A stretch of 64,000 nucleotides of DNA from Octopus sinensis (taxonomy: Eukaryota): the NCBI RefSeq assembly GCF_006345805.1, contig NC_042999.1, forward strand, positions 162,874,001 through 162,938,000. Reading direction: 5' to 3'. The notes beneath the pieces are model-generated. The model saw only the letters and a list, made by a program, of their open reading frames with translations, made no database searches and was not told the origin of the DNA. The position numbers were made by a program, and so were the translations under genes. Below, piece by piece: positions 15,001 to 26,151 of the stretch (positions are counted from its first letter, which is position 1; every line of letters starts with the position of its first letter).

Positions 15001-18000
15001 ACAAGCCTTTGCTGATCTTGAGAAAGTCTCATCTCCCTTCTCTCTTGGGACTCCATCTGATGTGCTGCAACAAGCCTTTGCTGATCTTGAGAAAGTCTCA
15101 TCTCCCTTCTCTCTTGGGACTCCATCTGATGTGCTGCAACAAGCCTTTGCTGATCTTGAGAAAGTCTCATCTCCCTTCTCTCTTGGGACTCCATCTGATG
15201 TGCTGCAACAAGCCTTTGCTGATCTTGAGAAAGTCTCATCTCCCTTTCTCTCTTGGGACTCCATCTGATGTGCTGCAACAAGCCTTTGCTGATCTTGAGA
15301 AAGTCTCATCTCCCTTCTCTCTTGGGACTCCATCTGATGTGCTGCAACAAGCCTTTGCTGATCTTGAGAAAGTCTCATCTCCCTTCTCTCTTGGGACTCC
15401 ATCTGATGTGCTGCAACAAGCCTTTGCTGATCTTGAGAAAGTCTCATCTCCTTTCTCTCTTGGGACTCCATCTGATGTGCTGCAACAAGCCTTTGCTGAT
15501 CTTGAGAAAGTCTCATCTCCTTCTCTCTTGGGACTCCATCTGATGTGCTGCAACAAGCCTTTGCTGATCTTGAGAAAGTCTCATCTCCTTTCTCTCTTGG
15601 GACTCCATCTGATGTGCTGCAACAAGCCTTTGCTGATCTTGAGAAAGTCTCATCTCCCTTCTCTCTTGGGACTCCATCTGATGTGCTGCAACAAGCCTTT
15701 GCTGATCTTGAGAAAGTCTCATCTCCTTTCTCTCTTGGGACTCCATCTGATGTGCTGCAACAAGCCTTTGCTGATCTTGAGAAAGTCTCATCTCCCTTCT
15801 CTCTTGGGACTCCATCTGATGTGCTGCAACAAGCCTTTGCTGATCTTGAGAAAGTCTCATCTCCCTTCTCTCTTGGGACTCCATCTGATGTGCTGCAACA
15901 AGCCTTTGCTGATCTTGAGAAAGTCTCATCTCCTTCTCTCTTGGGACTCCATCTGATGTGCTGCAACAAGCCTTTGCTGATCTTGAGAAAGTCTCATCTC
16001 CCTTCTCTCTTGGGACTCCATCTGATGTGCTGCAACAAGCCTTTGCTGATCTTGAGAAAGTCTCATCTCCTTTCTCTCTTGGGACTCCATCTGATGTGCT
16101 GCAACAAGCCTTTGCTGATCTTGAGAAAGTCTCATCTCCTTTCTCTCTTGGGACTCCATCTGATGTGCTGCAACAAGCCTTTGCTGATCTTGAGAAAGTC
16201 TCATCTCCCTTCTCTCTTGGGACTCCATCTGATGTGCTGCAACAAGCCTTTGCTGATCTTGAGAAAGTCTCATCTCCCTTCTCTCTTGGGACTCCATCTG
16301 ATGTGCTGCAACAAGCCTTTGCTGATCTTGAGAAAGTCTCATCTCCCTTCTCTCTTGGGACTCCATCTGATGTGCTGCAACAAGCCTTTGCTGATCTTGA
16401 GAAAGTCTCATCTCCTTTCTCTCTTGGGACTCCATCTGATGTGCTGCAACAAGCCTTTGCTGATCTTGAGAAAGTCTCATCTCCCTTCTCTCTTGGGACT
16501 CCATCTGATGTGCTGCAACAAGCCTTTGCTGATCTTGAGAAAGTCTCATCTCCCTTCTCTCTTGGGACTCCATCTGATGTGCTGCAACAAGCCTTTGCTG
16601 ATCTTGAGAAAGTCTCATCTCCTTTCTCTCTTGGGACTCCATCTGATGTGCTGCAACAAGCCTTTGCTGATCTTGAGAAAGTCTCATCTCCTTTCTCTCT
16701 TGGGACTCCATCTGATGTGCTGCAACAAGCCTTTGCTGATCTTGAGAAAGTCTCATCTCCTTTCTCTCTTGGGACTCCATCTGATGTGCTGCAACAAGCC
16801 TTTGCTGATCTTGAGAAAGTCTCATCTCCTTCTCTCTTGGGACTCCATCTGATGTGCTGCAACAAGCCTTTGCTGATCTTGAGAAAGTCTCATCTCCTTT
16901 CTCTCTTGGGACTCCATCTGATGTGCTGCAACAAGCCTTTGCTGATCTTGAGAAAGTCTCATCTCCCTTCTCTCTTGGGACTCCATCTGATGTGCTGCAA
17001 CAAGCCTTTGCTGATCTTGAGAAAGTCTCATCTCCTTTCTCTCTTGGGACTCCATCTGATGTGCTGCAACAAGCCTTTGCTGATCTTGAGAAAGTCTCAT
17101 CTCCCTTCTCTCTTGGGACTCCATCTGATGTGCTGCAACAAGCCTTTGCTGATCTTGAGAAAGTCTCATCTCCTTTCTCTCTTGGGACTCCATCTGATGT
17201 GCTGCAACAAGCCTTTGCTGATCTTGAGAAAGTCTCATCTCCCTTCTCTCTTGGGACTCCATCTGATGTGCTGCAACAAGCCTTTGCTGATCTTGAGAAA
17301 GTCTCATCTCCTTTCTCTCTTGGGACTCCATCTGATGTGCTGCAACAAGCCTTTGCTGATCTTGAGAAAGTCTCATCTCCCTTCTCTCTTGGGACTCCAT
17401 CTGATGTGCTGCAACAAGCCTTTGCTGATCTTGAGAAAGTCTCATCTCCTTTCTCTCTTGGGACTCCATCTGATGTGCTGCAACAAGCCTTTGCTGATCT
17501 TGAGAAAGTCTCATCTCCCTTCTCTCTTGGGACTCCATCTGATGTGCTGCAACAAGCCTTTGCTGATCTTGAGAAAGTCTCATCTCCTTTCTCTCTTGGG
17601 ACTCCATCTGATGTGCTGCAACAAGCCTTTGCTGATCTTGAGAAAGTCTCATCTCCCTTCTCTCTTGGGACTCCATCTGATGTGCTGCAACAAGCCTTTG
17701 CTGATCTTGAGAAAGTCTCATCTCCTTTCTCTCTTGGGACTCCATCTGATGTGCTGCAACAAGCCTTTGCTGATCTTGAGAAAGTCTCATCTCCCTTCTC
17801 TCTTGGGACTCCATCTGATGTGCTGCAACAAGCCTTTGCTGATCTTGAGAAAGTCTCATCTCCCTTCTCTCTTGGGACTCCATCTGATGTGCTGCAACAA
17901 GCCTTTGCTGATCTTGAGAAAGTCTCATCTCCTTTCTCTCTTGGGACTCCATCTGATGTGCTGCAACAAGCCTTTGCTGATCTTGAGAAAGTCTCATCTC

Positions 18001-21000
18001 CCTTCTCTCTTGGGACTCCATCTGATGTGCTGCAACAAGCCTTTGCTGATCTTGAGAAAGTCTCATCTCCTTTCTCTCTTGGGACTCCATCTGATGTGCT
18101 GCAACAAGCCTTTGCTGATCTTGAGAAAGTCTCATCTCCTTTCTCTCTTGGGACTCCATCTGATGTGCTGCAACAAGCCTTTGCTGATCTTGAGAAAGTC
18201 TCATCTCCTTTCTCTCTTGGGACTCCATCTGATGTGCTGCAACAAGCCTTTGCTGATCTTGAGAAAGTCTCATCTCCTTTCTCTCTTGGGACTCCATCTG
18301 ATGTGCTGCAACAAGCCTTTGCTGATCTTGAGAAAGTCTCATCTCCTTTCTCTCTTGGGACTCCATCTGATGTGCTGCAACAAGCCTTTGCTGATCTTGA
18401 GAAAGTCTCATCTCCCTTCTCTCTTGGGACTCCATCTGATGTGCTGCAACAAGCCTTTGCTGATCTTGAGAAAGTCTCATCTCCTTTCTCTCTTGGGACT
18501 CCATCTGATGTGCTGCAACAAGCCTTTGCTGATCTTGAGAAAGTCTCATCTCCCTTCTCTCTTGGGACTCCATCTGATGTGCTGCAACAAGCCTTTGCTG
18601 ATCTTGAGAAAGTCTCATCTCCCTTCTCTCTTGGGACTCCATCTGATGTGCTGCAACAAGCCTTTGCTGATCTTGAGAAAGTCTCATCTCCTTTCTCTCT
18701 TGGGACTCCATCTGATGTGCTGCAACAAGCCTTTGCTGATCTTGAGAAAGTCTCATCTCCTTTCTCTCTTGGGACTCCATCTGATGTGCTGCAACAAGCC
18801 TTTGCTGATCTTGAGAAAGTCTCATCTCCTTTCTCTCTTGGGACTCCATCTGATGTGCTGCAACAAGCCTTTGCTGATCTTGAGAAAGTCTCATCTCCCT
18901 TCTCTCTTGGGACTCCATCTGATGTGCTGCAACAAGCCTTTGCTGATCTTGAGAAAGTCTCATCTCCTTTCTCTCTTGGGACTCCATCTGATGTGCTGCA
19001 ACAAGCCTTTGCTGATCTTGAGAAAGTCTCATCTCCCTTCTCTCTTGGGACTCCATCTGATGTGCTGCAACAAGCCTTTGCTGATCTTGAGAAAGTCTCA
19101 TCTCCTTTCTCTCTTGGGACTCCATCTGATGTGCTGCAACAAGCCTTTGCTGATCTTGAGAAAGTCTCATCTCCCTTCTCTCTTGGGACTCCATCTGATG
19201 TGCTGCAACAAGCCTTTGCTGATCTTGAGAAAGTCTCATCTCCTTTCTCTCTTGGGACTCCATCTGATGTGCTGCAACAAGCCTTTGCTGATCTTGAGAA
19301 AGTCTCATCTCCCTTCTCTCTTGGGACTCCATCTGATGTGCTGCAACAAGCCTTTGCTGATCTTGAGAAAGTCTCATCTCCTTTCTCTCTTGGGACTCCA
19401 TCTGATGTGCTGCAACAAGCCTTTGCTGATCTTGAGAAAGTCTCATCTCCCTTCTCTCTTGGGACTCCATCTGATGTGCTGCAACAAGCCTTTGCTGATC
19501 TTGAGAAAGTCTCATCTCCTTTCTCTCTTGGGACTCCATCTGATGTGCTGCAACAAGCCTTTGCTGATCTTGAGAAAGTCTCATCTCCCTTCTCTCTTGG
19601 GACTCCATCTGATGTGCTGCAACAAGCCTTTGCTGATCTTGAGAAAGTCTCATCTCCTTTCTCTCTTGGGACTCCATCTGATGTGCTGCAACAAGCCTTT
19701 GCTGATCTTGAGAAAGTCTCATCTCCCTTCTCTCTTGGGACTCCATCTGATGTGCTGCAACAAGCCTTTGCTGATCTTGAGAAAGTCTCATCTCCTTTCT
19801 CTCTTGGGACTCCATCTGATGTGCTGCAACAAGCCTTTGCTGATCTTGAGAAAGTCTCATCTCCCTTCTCTCTTGGGACTCCATCTGATGTGCTGCAACA
19901 AGCCTTTGCTGATCTTGAGAAAGTCTCATCTCCCTTCTCTCTTGGGACTCCATCTGATGTGCTGCAACAAGCCTTTGCTGATCTTGAGAAAGTCTCATCT
20001 CCTTTCTCTCTTGGGACTCCATCTGATGTGCTGCAACAAGCCTTTGCTGATCTTGAGAAAGTCTCATCTCCCTTCTCTCTTGGGACTCCATCTGATGTGC
20101 TGCAACAAGCCTTTGCTGATCTTGAGAAAGTCTCATCTCCTTTCTCTCTTGGGACTCCATCTGATGTGCTGCAACAAGCCTTTGCTGATCTTGAGAAAGT
20201 CTCATCTCCTTTCTCTCTTGGGACTCCATCTGATGTGCTGCAACAAGCCTTTGCTGATCTTGAGAAAGTCTCATCTCCTTTCTCTCTTGGGACTCCATCT
20301 GATGTGCTGCAACAAGCCTTTGCTGATCTTGAGAAAGTCTCATCTCCTTTCTCTCTTGGGACTCCATCTGATGTGCTGCAACAAGCCTTTGCTGATCTTG
20401 AGAAAGTCTCATCTCCTTTCTCTCTTGGGACTCCATCTGATGTGCTGCAACAAGCCTTTGCTGATCTTGAGAAAGTCTCATCTCCCTTCTCTCTTGGGAC
20501 TCCATCTGATGTGCTGCAACAAGCCTTTGCTGATCTTGAGAAAGTCTCATCTCCTTTCTCTCTTGGGACTCCATCTGATGTGCTGCAACAAGCCTTTGCT
20601 GATCTTGAGAAAGTCTCATCTCCTTTCCTCTTGGGACTCCATCTGATGTGCTGCAACAAGCCTTTGCTGATCTTGAGAAAGTCTCATCTCCTTCTCTCTT
20701 GGGACTCCATCTGATGTGCTGCAACAAGCCTTTGCTGATCTTGAGAAAGTCTCATCTCCTTTCTCTCTTGGGACTCCATCTGATGTGCTGCAACAAGCCT
20801 TTGCTGATCTTGAGAAAGTCTCATCTCCTTTCTCTCTTGGGACTCCATCTGATGTGCTGCAACAAGCCTTTGCTGATCTTGAGAAAGTCTCATCTCCTTT
20901 CCCTCTTGGGACTCCATCTGATGTGCTGCAACAAGCCTTTGCTGATCTTGAGAAAGTCTCATCTCCCTTCTCTCTTGGGACTCCATCTGATGTGCTGCAA

Positions 21001-24000
21001 CAAGCCTTTGCTGATCTTGAGAAAGTCTCATCTCCTTTCTCTCTTGGGACTCCATCTGATGTGCTGCAACAAGCCTTTGCTGATCTTGAGAAAGTCTCAT
21101 CTCCCTTCTCTCTTGGGACTCCATCTGATGTGCTGCAACAAGCCTTTGCTGATCTTGAGAAAGTCTCATCTCCTTCTCTCTTGGGACTCCATCTGATGTG
21201 CTGCAACAAGCCTTTGCTGATCTTGAGAAAGTCTCATCTCCCTTCTCTCTTGGGACTCCATCTGATGTGCTGCAACAAGCCTTTGCTGATCTTGAGAAAG
21301 TCTCATCTCCTTTCTCTCTTGGGACTCCATCTGATGTGCTGCAACAAGCCTTTGCTGATCTTGAGAAAGTCTCATCTCCTTTCTCTCTTGGGACTCCATC
21401 TGATGTGCTGCAACAAGCCTTTGCTGATCTTGAGAAAGTCTCATCTCCTTTCCCTCTTGGGACTCCATCTGATGTGCTGCAACAAGCCTTTGCTGATCTT
21501 GAGAAAGTCTCATCTCCCTTCTCTCTTGGGACTCCATCTGATGTGCTGCAACAAGCCTTTGCTGATCTTGAGAAAGTCTCATCTCCTTTCTCTCTTGGGA
21601 CTCCATCTGATGTGCTGCAACAAGCCTTTGCTGATCTTGAGAAAGTCTCATCTCCTTTCCGTCTTGGGACTCCATCTGATGTGCTGCAACAAGCCTTTGC
21701 TGATCTTGAGAAAGTCTCATCTCCCTTCTCTCTTGGGACTCCATCTGATGTGCTGCAACAAGCCTTTGCTGATCTTGAGAAAGTCTCATCTCCTTTCTCT
21801 CTTGGGACTCCATCTGATGTGCTGCAACAAGCCTTTGCTGATCTTGAGAAAGTCTCATCTCCTTTCTCTCTTGGGACTCCATCTGATGTGCTGCAACAAG
21901 CCTTTGCTGATCTTGAGAAAGTCTCATCTCCTTTCCCTCTTGGGACTCCATCTGATGTGCTGCAACAAGCCTTTGCTGATCTTGAGAAAGTCTCATCTCC
22001 CTTCTCTCTTGGGACTCCATCTGATGTGCTGCAACAAGCCTTTGCTGATCTTGAGAAAGTCTCATCTCCTTTCTCTCTTGGGACTCCATCTGATGTGCTG
22101 CAACAAGCCTTTGCTGATCTTGAGAAAGTCTCATCTCCCTTCTCTCTTGGGACTCCATCTGATGTGCTGCAACAAGCCTTTGCTGATCTTGAGAAAGTCT
22201 CATCTCGCTTCTCTCTTGGGACTCCATCTGATGTGCTGCAACAAGCCTTTGCTGATCTTGAGAAAGTCTCATCTCCCTTCTCTCTTGGGACTCCATCTGA
22301 TGTGCTGCAACAAGCCTTTGCTGATCTTGAGAAAGTCTCATCTCCCTTCTCTCTTGGGACTCCATCTGATGTGCTGCAACAAGCCTTTGCTGATCTTGAG
22401 AAAGTCTCATCTCCCTTTTCTCTTGGGACTCCATCTGATGTGCTGCAACAAGCCTTTGCTGATCTTGAGAAAGTCTCATCTCCCTTCTCTCTTGGGACTC
22501 CATCTGATGTGCTGCAACAAGCCTTTGCTGATCTTGAGAAAGTCTCATCTCCCTTCTCTCTTGGGACTCCATCTGATGTGCTGCAACAAGCCTTTGCTGA
22601 TCTTGAGAAAGTCTCATCTCCCTTCTCTCTTGGGACTCCATCTGATGTGCTGCAACAAGCCTTTGCTGATCTTGAGAAAGTCTCATCTCCCTTCTCTCTT
22701 GGGACTCCATCTGATGTGCTGCAACAAGCCTTTGCTGATCTTGAGAAAGTCTCATCTCCTTTCCCTCTTGTGACTCCATCTGATGTGCTGCAACAAGCCT
22801 TTGCTGATCTTGAGAAAGTCTCATCTCCCTTCTCTCTTGGGACTCCATCTGATGTGCTGCAACAAGCCTTTGCTGATCTTGAGAAAGTCTCATCTCCCTT
22901 CTCTCTTGGGACTCCATCTGATGTGCTGCAACAAGCCTTTGCTGATCTTGAGAAAGTCTCATCTCCCTTCTCTCTTGGGACTCCATCTGATGTGCTGCAA
23001 CAAGCCTTTGCTGATCTTGAGAAAGTCTCATCTCCTTTCTCTCTTGGGACTCCATCTGATGTGCTGCAACAAGCCTTTGCTGATCTTGAGAAAGTCTCAT
23101 CTCCTTTCTCTCTTGGGACTCCATCTGATGTGCTGCAACAAGCCTTTGCTGATCTTAAGAAAGTCTCATCTCCCTTCTCTCTTGGGACTCCATCTGATGT
23201 GCTGCAACAAGCCTTTGCTGATCTTGAGAAAGTCTCATCTCCCTTCTCCCTTGGGACTCCATCTGATGTGCTGCAACAAGCCTTTGCTGATCTTGAGAAA
23301 GTCTCATCTCCTTTCTCTCTTGGGACTCCATCTGATGTGCTGCAACAAGCCTTTGCTGATCTTGAGAAAGTCTCATCTCCCTTCTCTCTTGGGACTCCAT
23401 CTGATGTGCTGCAACAAGCCTTCGCTGATCTTGAGAAAGTCTCATCTCCTTTCTCTCTTGGGACTCCATCTGATGTGCTGCAACAAGCCTTTGCTGATCT
23501 TGAGAAAGTCTCATCTCCCTTCTCTCTTGGGACTCCATCTGATGTGCTGCAACAAGCCTTTGCTGATCTTGAGAAAGCCTCATCTCCCTTCTCTCTTGGG
23601 ACTCCATCTGATGTGCTGCAACAAGCCTTTGCTGATCTTGAGAAAGTCTCATCTCCTTTCTCTCTTGGGACTCCATCTGATGTGCTGCAACAAGCCTTTG
23701 CTGATCTTGAGAAAGTCTCATCTCCTTTCTCTCTTGGGACTCCATCTGATGTGCTGCAACAAGCCTTTGCTGATCTTGAGAAAGTCTCATCTCCCTTCTC
23801 TCTTGGGACTCCATCTGATGTGCTGCAACAAGCCTTTGCTAATCTTGAGAAAGTCTCATCTCCCTTCTGTCTTGAGACAGTATTTGACATGCTGCAACAT
23901 GCGTTTGGTGACCTTTGGAAAGTGTCATGTCCCTTCTCTATTGAGAATCCATCTGACGTGCTGCAACATACCATTGCTGATGTTGAGAAAATCTCATGTC

Positions 24001-24090
24001 CCTTCTCTATTGAGAATCCATCTGACGTGCTGCAACATACCATTGTTGATGTTGAGAAAATCTCATGTCCCTAATCTCTTGAGACTCTCA
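1..24090. repeat. 69-bp tandem repeat array (minisatellite/satellite), about 350 units, open at the left window edge
   Basis: Consensus gtgctgcaacaagcctttgctgatcttgagaaagtctcatctcc(t/c)ttctctcttgggactccatctgat is repeated head-to-tail without spacers. About 46% GC, no CpG. About 61 units are 68 bp and one (near 15245) is 70 bp. The last four units (about 23820-24090) are diverged. Confidence 0.99.
21198..24074 (+). other. Frameshift-free repeat ORF (VLQQAFADLEKVSSPFSLGTPSD)n ending in TAA; coding status unproven
   Basis: 958 codons in the ORF track. The frame stays open through all rare variants and the diverged terminal units, and the stop (ttc>taa, 24072-24074) falls where the repeat decays. 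The ORF is largely a consequence of a stop-free 69-bp unit. Confidence 0.3.
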
Positions 24091-24404
24091 CCTTCGGTTT
24101 CCTGCATTCCTCCTTGTTTTATAGGTGTTTCCGGAGCGATTATGATTTTCCTTTGGTTGCATATCTTTTTTCTATATTTTAAACAAAAAATTATGTACAT
24201 GGAAAAAAAAAAAATATACATTAACCTCTATTTTTGTAAGCAGTTGTATGTATCTATATTTTTGTATGCAGTGTAAATTAACCAAATATAAGCAAATTGG
24301 AAATACCTTGCAACTGCTGTGATAATTATGAACTGTTAATTGAATGGTAGATGTTCATTTTTATATAACTTGGACGTTCCACATAAATGCTTTTTGTCAA
24401 GAGT

Positions 24405-24785
24405 TTGTGTAGATGTATGCGTGTGTTCAATAACATGCGTAATGGGCATGCAAACACACACATACTCACAGACACATACACATTCATATACAAAATGTGA
24501 TGATATGCACACATACACTCTCACATACATACAGTAAGGGAGACACATACAGACATACATTCACACATGTCAGTAGTCACATGTGTATATGTAGATGTAT
24601 GTGTATGTTTAATAATGTACCTAACACAGAAACAAACACACAGTCAGAGAAACATACACACTCATACACCCACACATATACACTCAAAAACACATACACA
24701 CTCATATATGTGATGTCGTCATCATCGTGGTTTGAAATGTCCTTTACTATCCCATACATATTGAATGTGCAAACACACACACAAA
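24405..24785. repeat. Degenerate (CA)n/(TA)n-rich low-complexity tract
   Basis: Dense cacacatac/acacatat motifs. Confidence 0.8.
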
Positions 24786-24855
24786 ATGAAAGAATAAAAG
24801 TGAAACAATATTACACACGGTTTTTGGTAGCGGGAGAAGTGTAATTAGTGTATTT

Positions 24856-25285
24856 GGATCTTTTCGGTTTGAACGGCAGTTTTTAACATAATTTCTATGT
24901 AACTAAAAAATTTTAAACTTTGTATACTGGTAGAATGTGTTTATAAAACATCTTTTTCTCTTGGCTTTATTGAGAAAATTCTATAGTTTGTAAGATATTT
25001 GTTGCTTTTTTTTCTTCAATTTCTGCAATTTCAACCAATCACTGACATGTATTGAGGTAAAAAAAACATTCTGTGCCGTATGAATATGTCCCTCGTTTAA
25101 GAAACAGATTGGGTTTATTTACATTTGTGAAGAAAAAAAGATACCCTTCTCCCACCCCTAACCCTAACTAACCCTAACCCTAAAACAGACTGAAATGCAA
25201 AGGATCGATACTAGGGTCATAATTATGGGTGACAATTTCATATGACACCGCTAGAAAAAAACTGCCGTTCAAACCGAAAAGATCC
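24856..25285. mobile_element. MITE with ~28-bp TIRs (GGATCTTTTCGGTTTGAACGGCAGTTTT), Merlin-like; copy 1
   Basis: The TIR at 24856 has its reverse complement ending at 25285. The interior matches copy 2 (36417-36807) in the opposite orientation. No clear TSD here. Confidence 0.85.
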
Positions 25286-26052
25286 CAAAAATATTTACGC
25301 ATGACAAAATTGAAATACACTGAAATCAATTTTTCAGAGAGAGAGTGAGAGAGTATGTGTGTGTGAGAGAGTGAGTAAAAGAAACAGATACCTAAAAATG
25401 TGAAAGTGAGAAAAAGAAAGAGAAGTGATAAATATAAGAGAGAGAGAAAAGGGAGATTATCGCTTGAAAACTGCAGAAGTCAAAGGGAGAGAATCAGTTG
25501 AAAACTGCAGTTTTTAGAGAAAAACCCATGTGAAAAACTTTTTTTCAAGGTCGGTTTCTTGCATGACGTGGGAGCTCTGGGCAAAATGTTATATTGCATG
25601 ACCATCCATGGCATATAAGTAATGTGTGGGTAAAGTTTGGTGAAAATCGGTTGAAAACTGTAGAAAAGCATACATATTACACACACACAGACATCCTTTG
25701 TTTTACATATATAGATTACTAGCATCATGCCTTGAAAGAATGAACAAAATGACAGAATTCTCTCACATTTACTCAAAATATTTTGACTAAACATTCACTT
25801 TCCTGCATTCTTTTTCTCTTCTTTCATCTAGTTTTCTTTTCCTTGTTTCCAGTTTTGAAAAAGCAAAAATTGATGATATTTTGTCTAAAAAGGAATGCAG
25901 GATATTCAGTTCAAATTTTGAATTCTTGTACTTCTGCATATTTTTCATTTTTCATTTTGAACCTGAGAAAGACAGACAGACTTTTGAAAAATTATTCAGT
26001 TCAATAAATAGAGTCAGTCTCTAATTACTTCAAATTCTATCATGCTCTGCTT

Positions 26053-26151
26053 CATAATCATCATCATCATTATCATCTTCATCATCATCATCATCATAAT
26101 CATCATCATCATTATCATCATCATCATCATCATCATTATCATCATCATCAT
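26053..26151. repeat. (CAT)n microsatellite, the (GAT)n tail of the adjacent RTE-type LINE
   Basis: Runs of tcatcatca with tat interruptions. It produces the spurious poly-Asp ORF 26030-26389. Confidence 0.95.

Noticed and set aside
20684-24043. Minus-strand Cys-containing repeat protein (GDETFSRSAKACCSTSDGVPREK)n starting MVCC
   Set aside because: An in-frame TAG lies just upstream with no pyrimidine-rich acceptor, and no promoter evidence. It shares third codon positions with the + frame, so its openness is not independent evidence. Not fully excluded.
1-24090. CRISPR array
   Set aside because: Units are contiguous with no unique spacers and no cas genes, and the context is eukaryotic.
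4-24276. The many overlapping ORFs in the track as separate genes
   Set aside because: All are translations of one 69-bp unit in four stop-free frames. Their starts and ends are set by one-base indels and mostly GTG starts.
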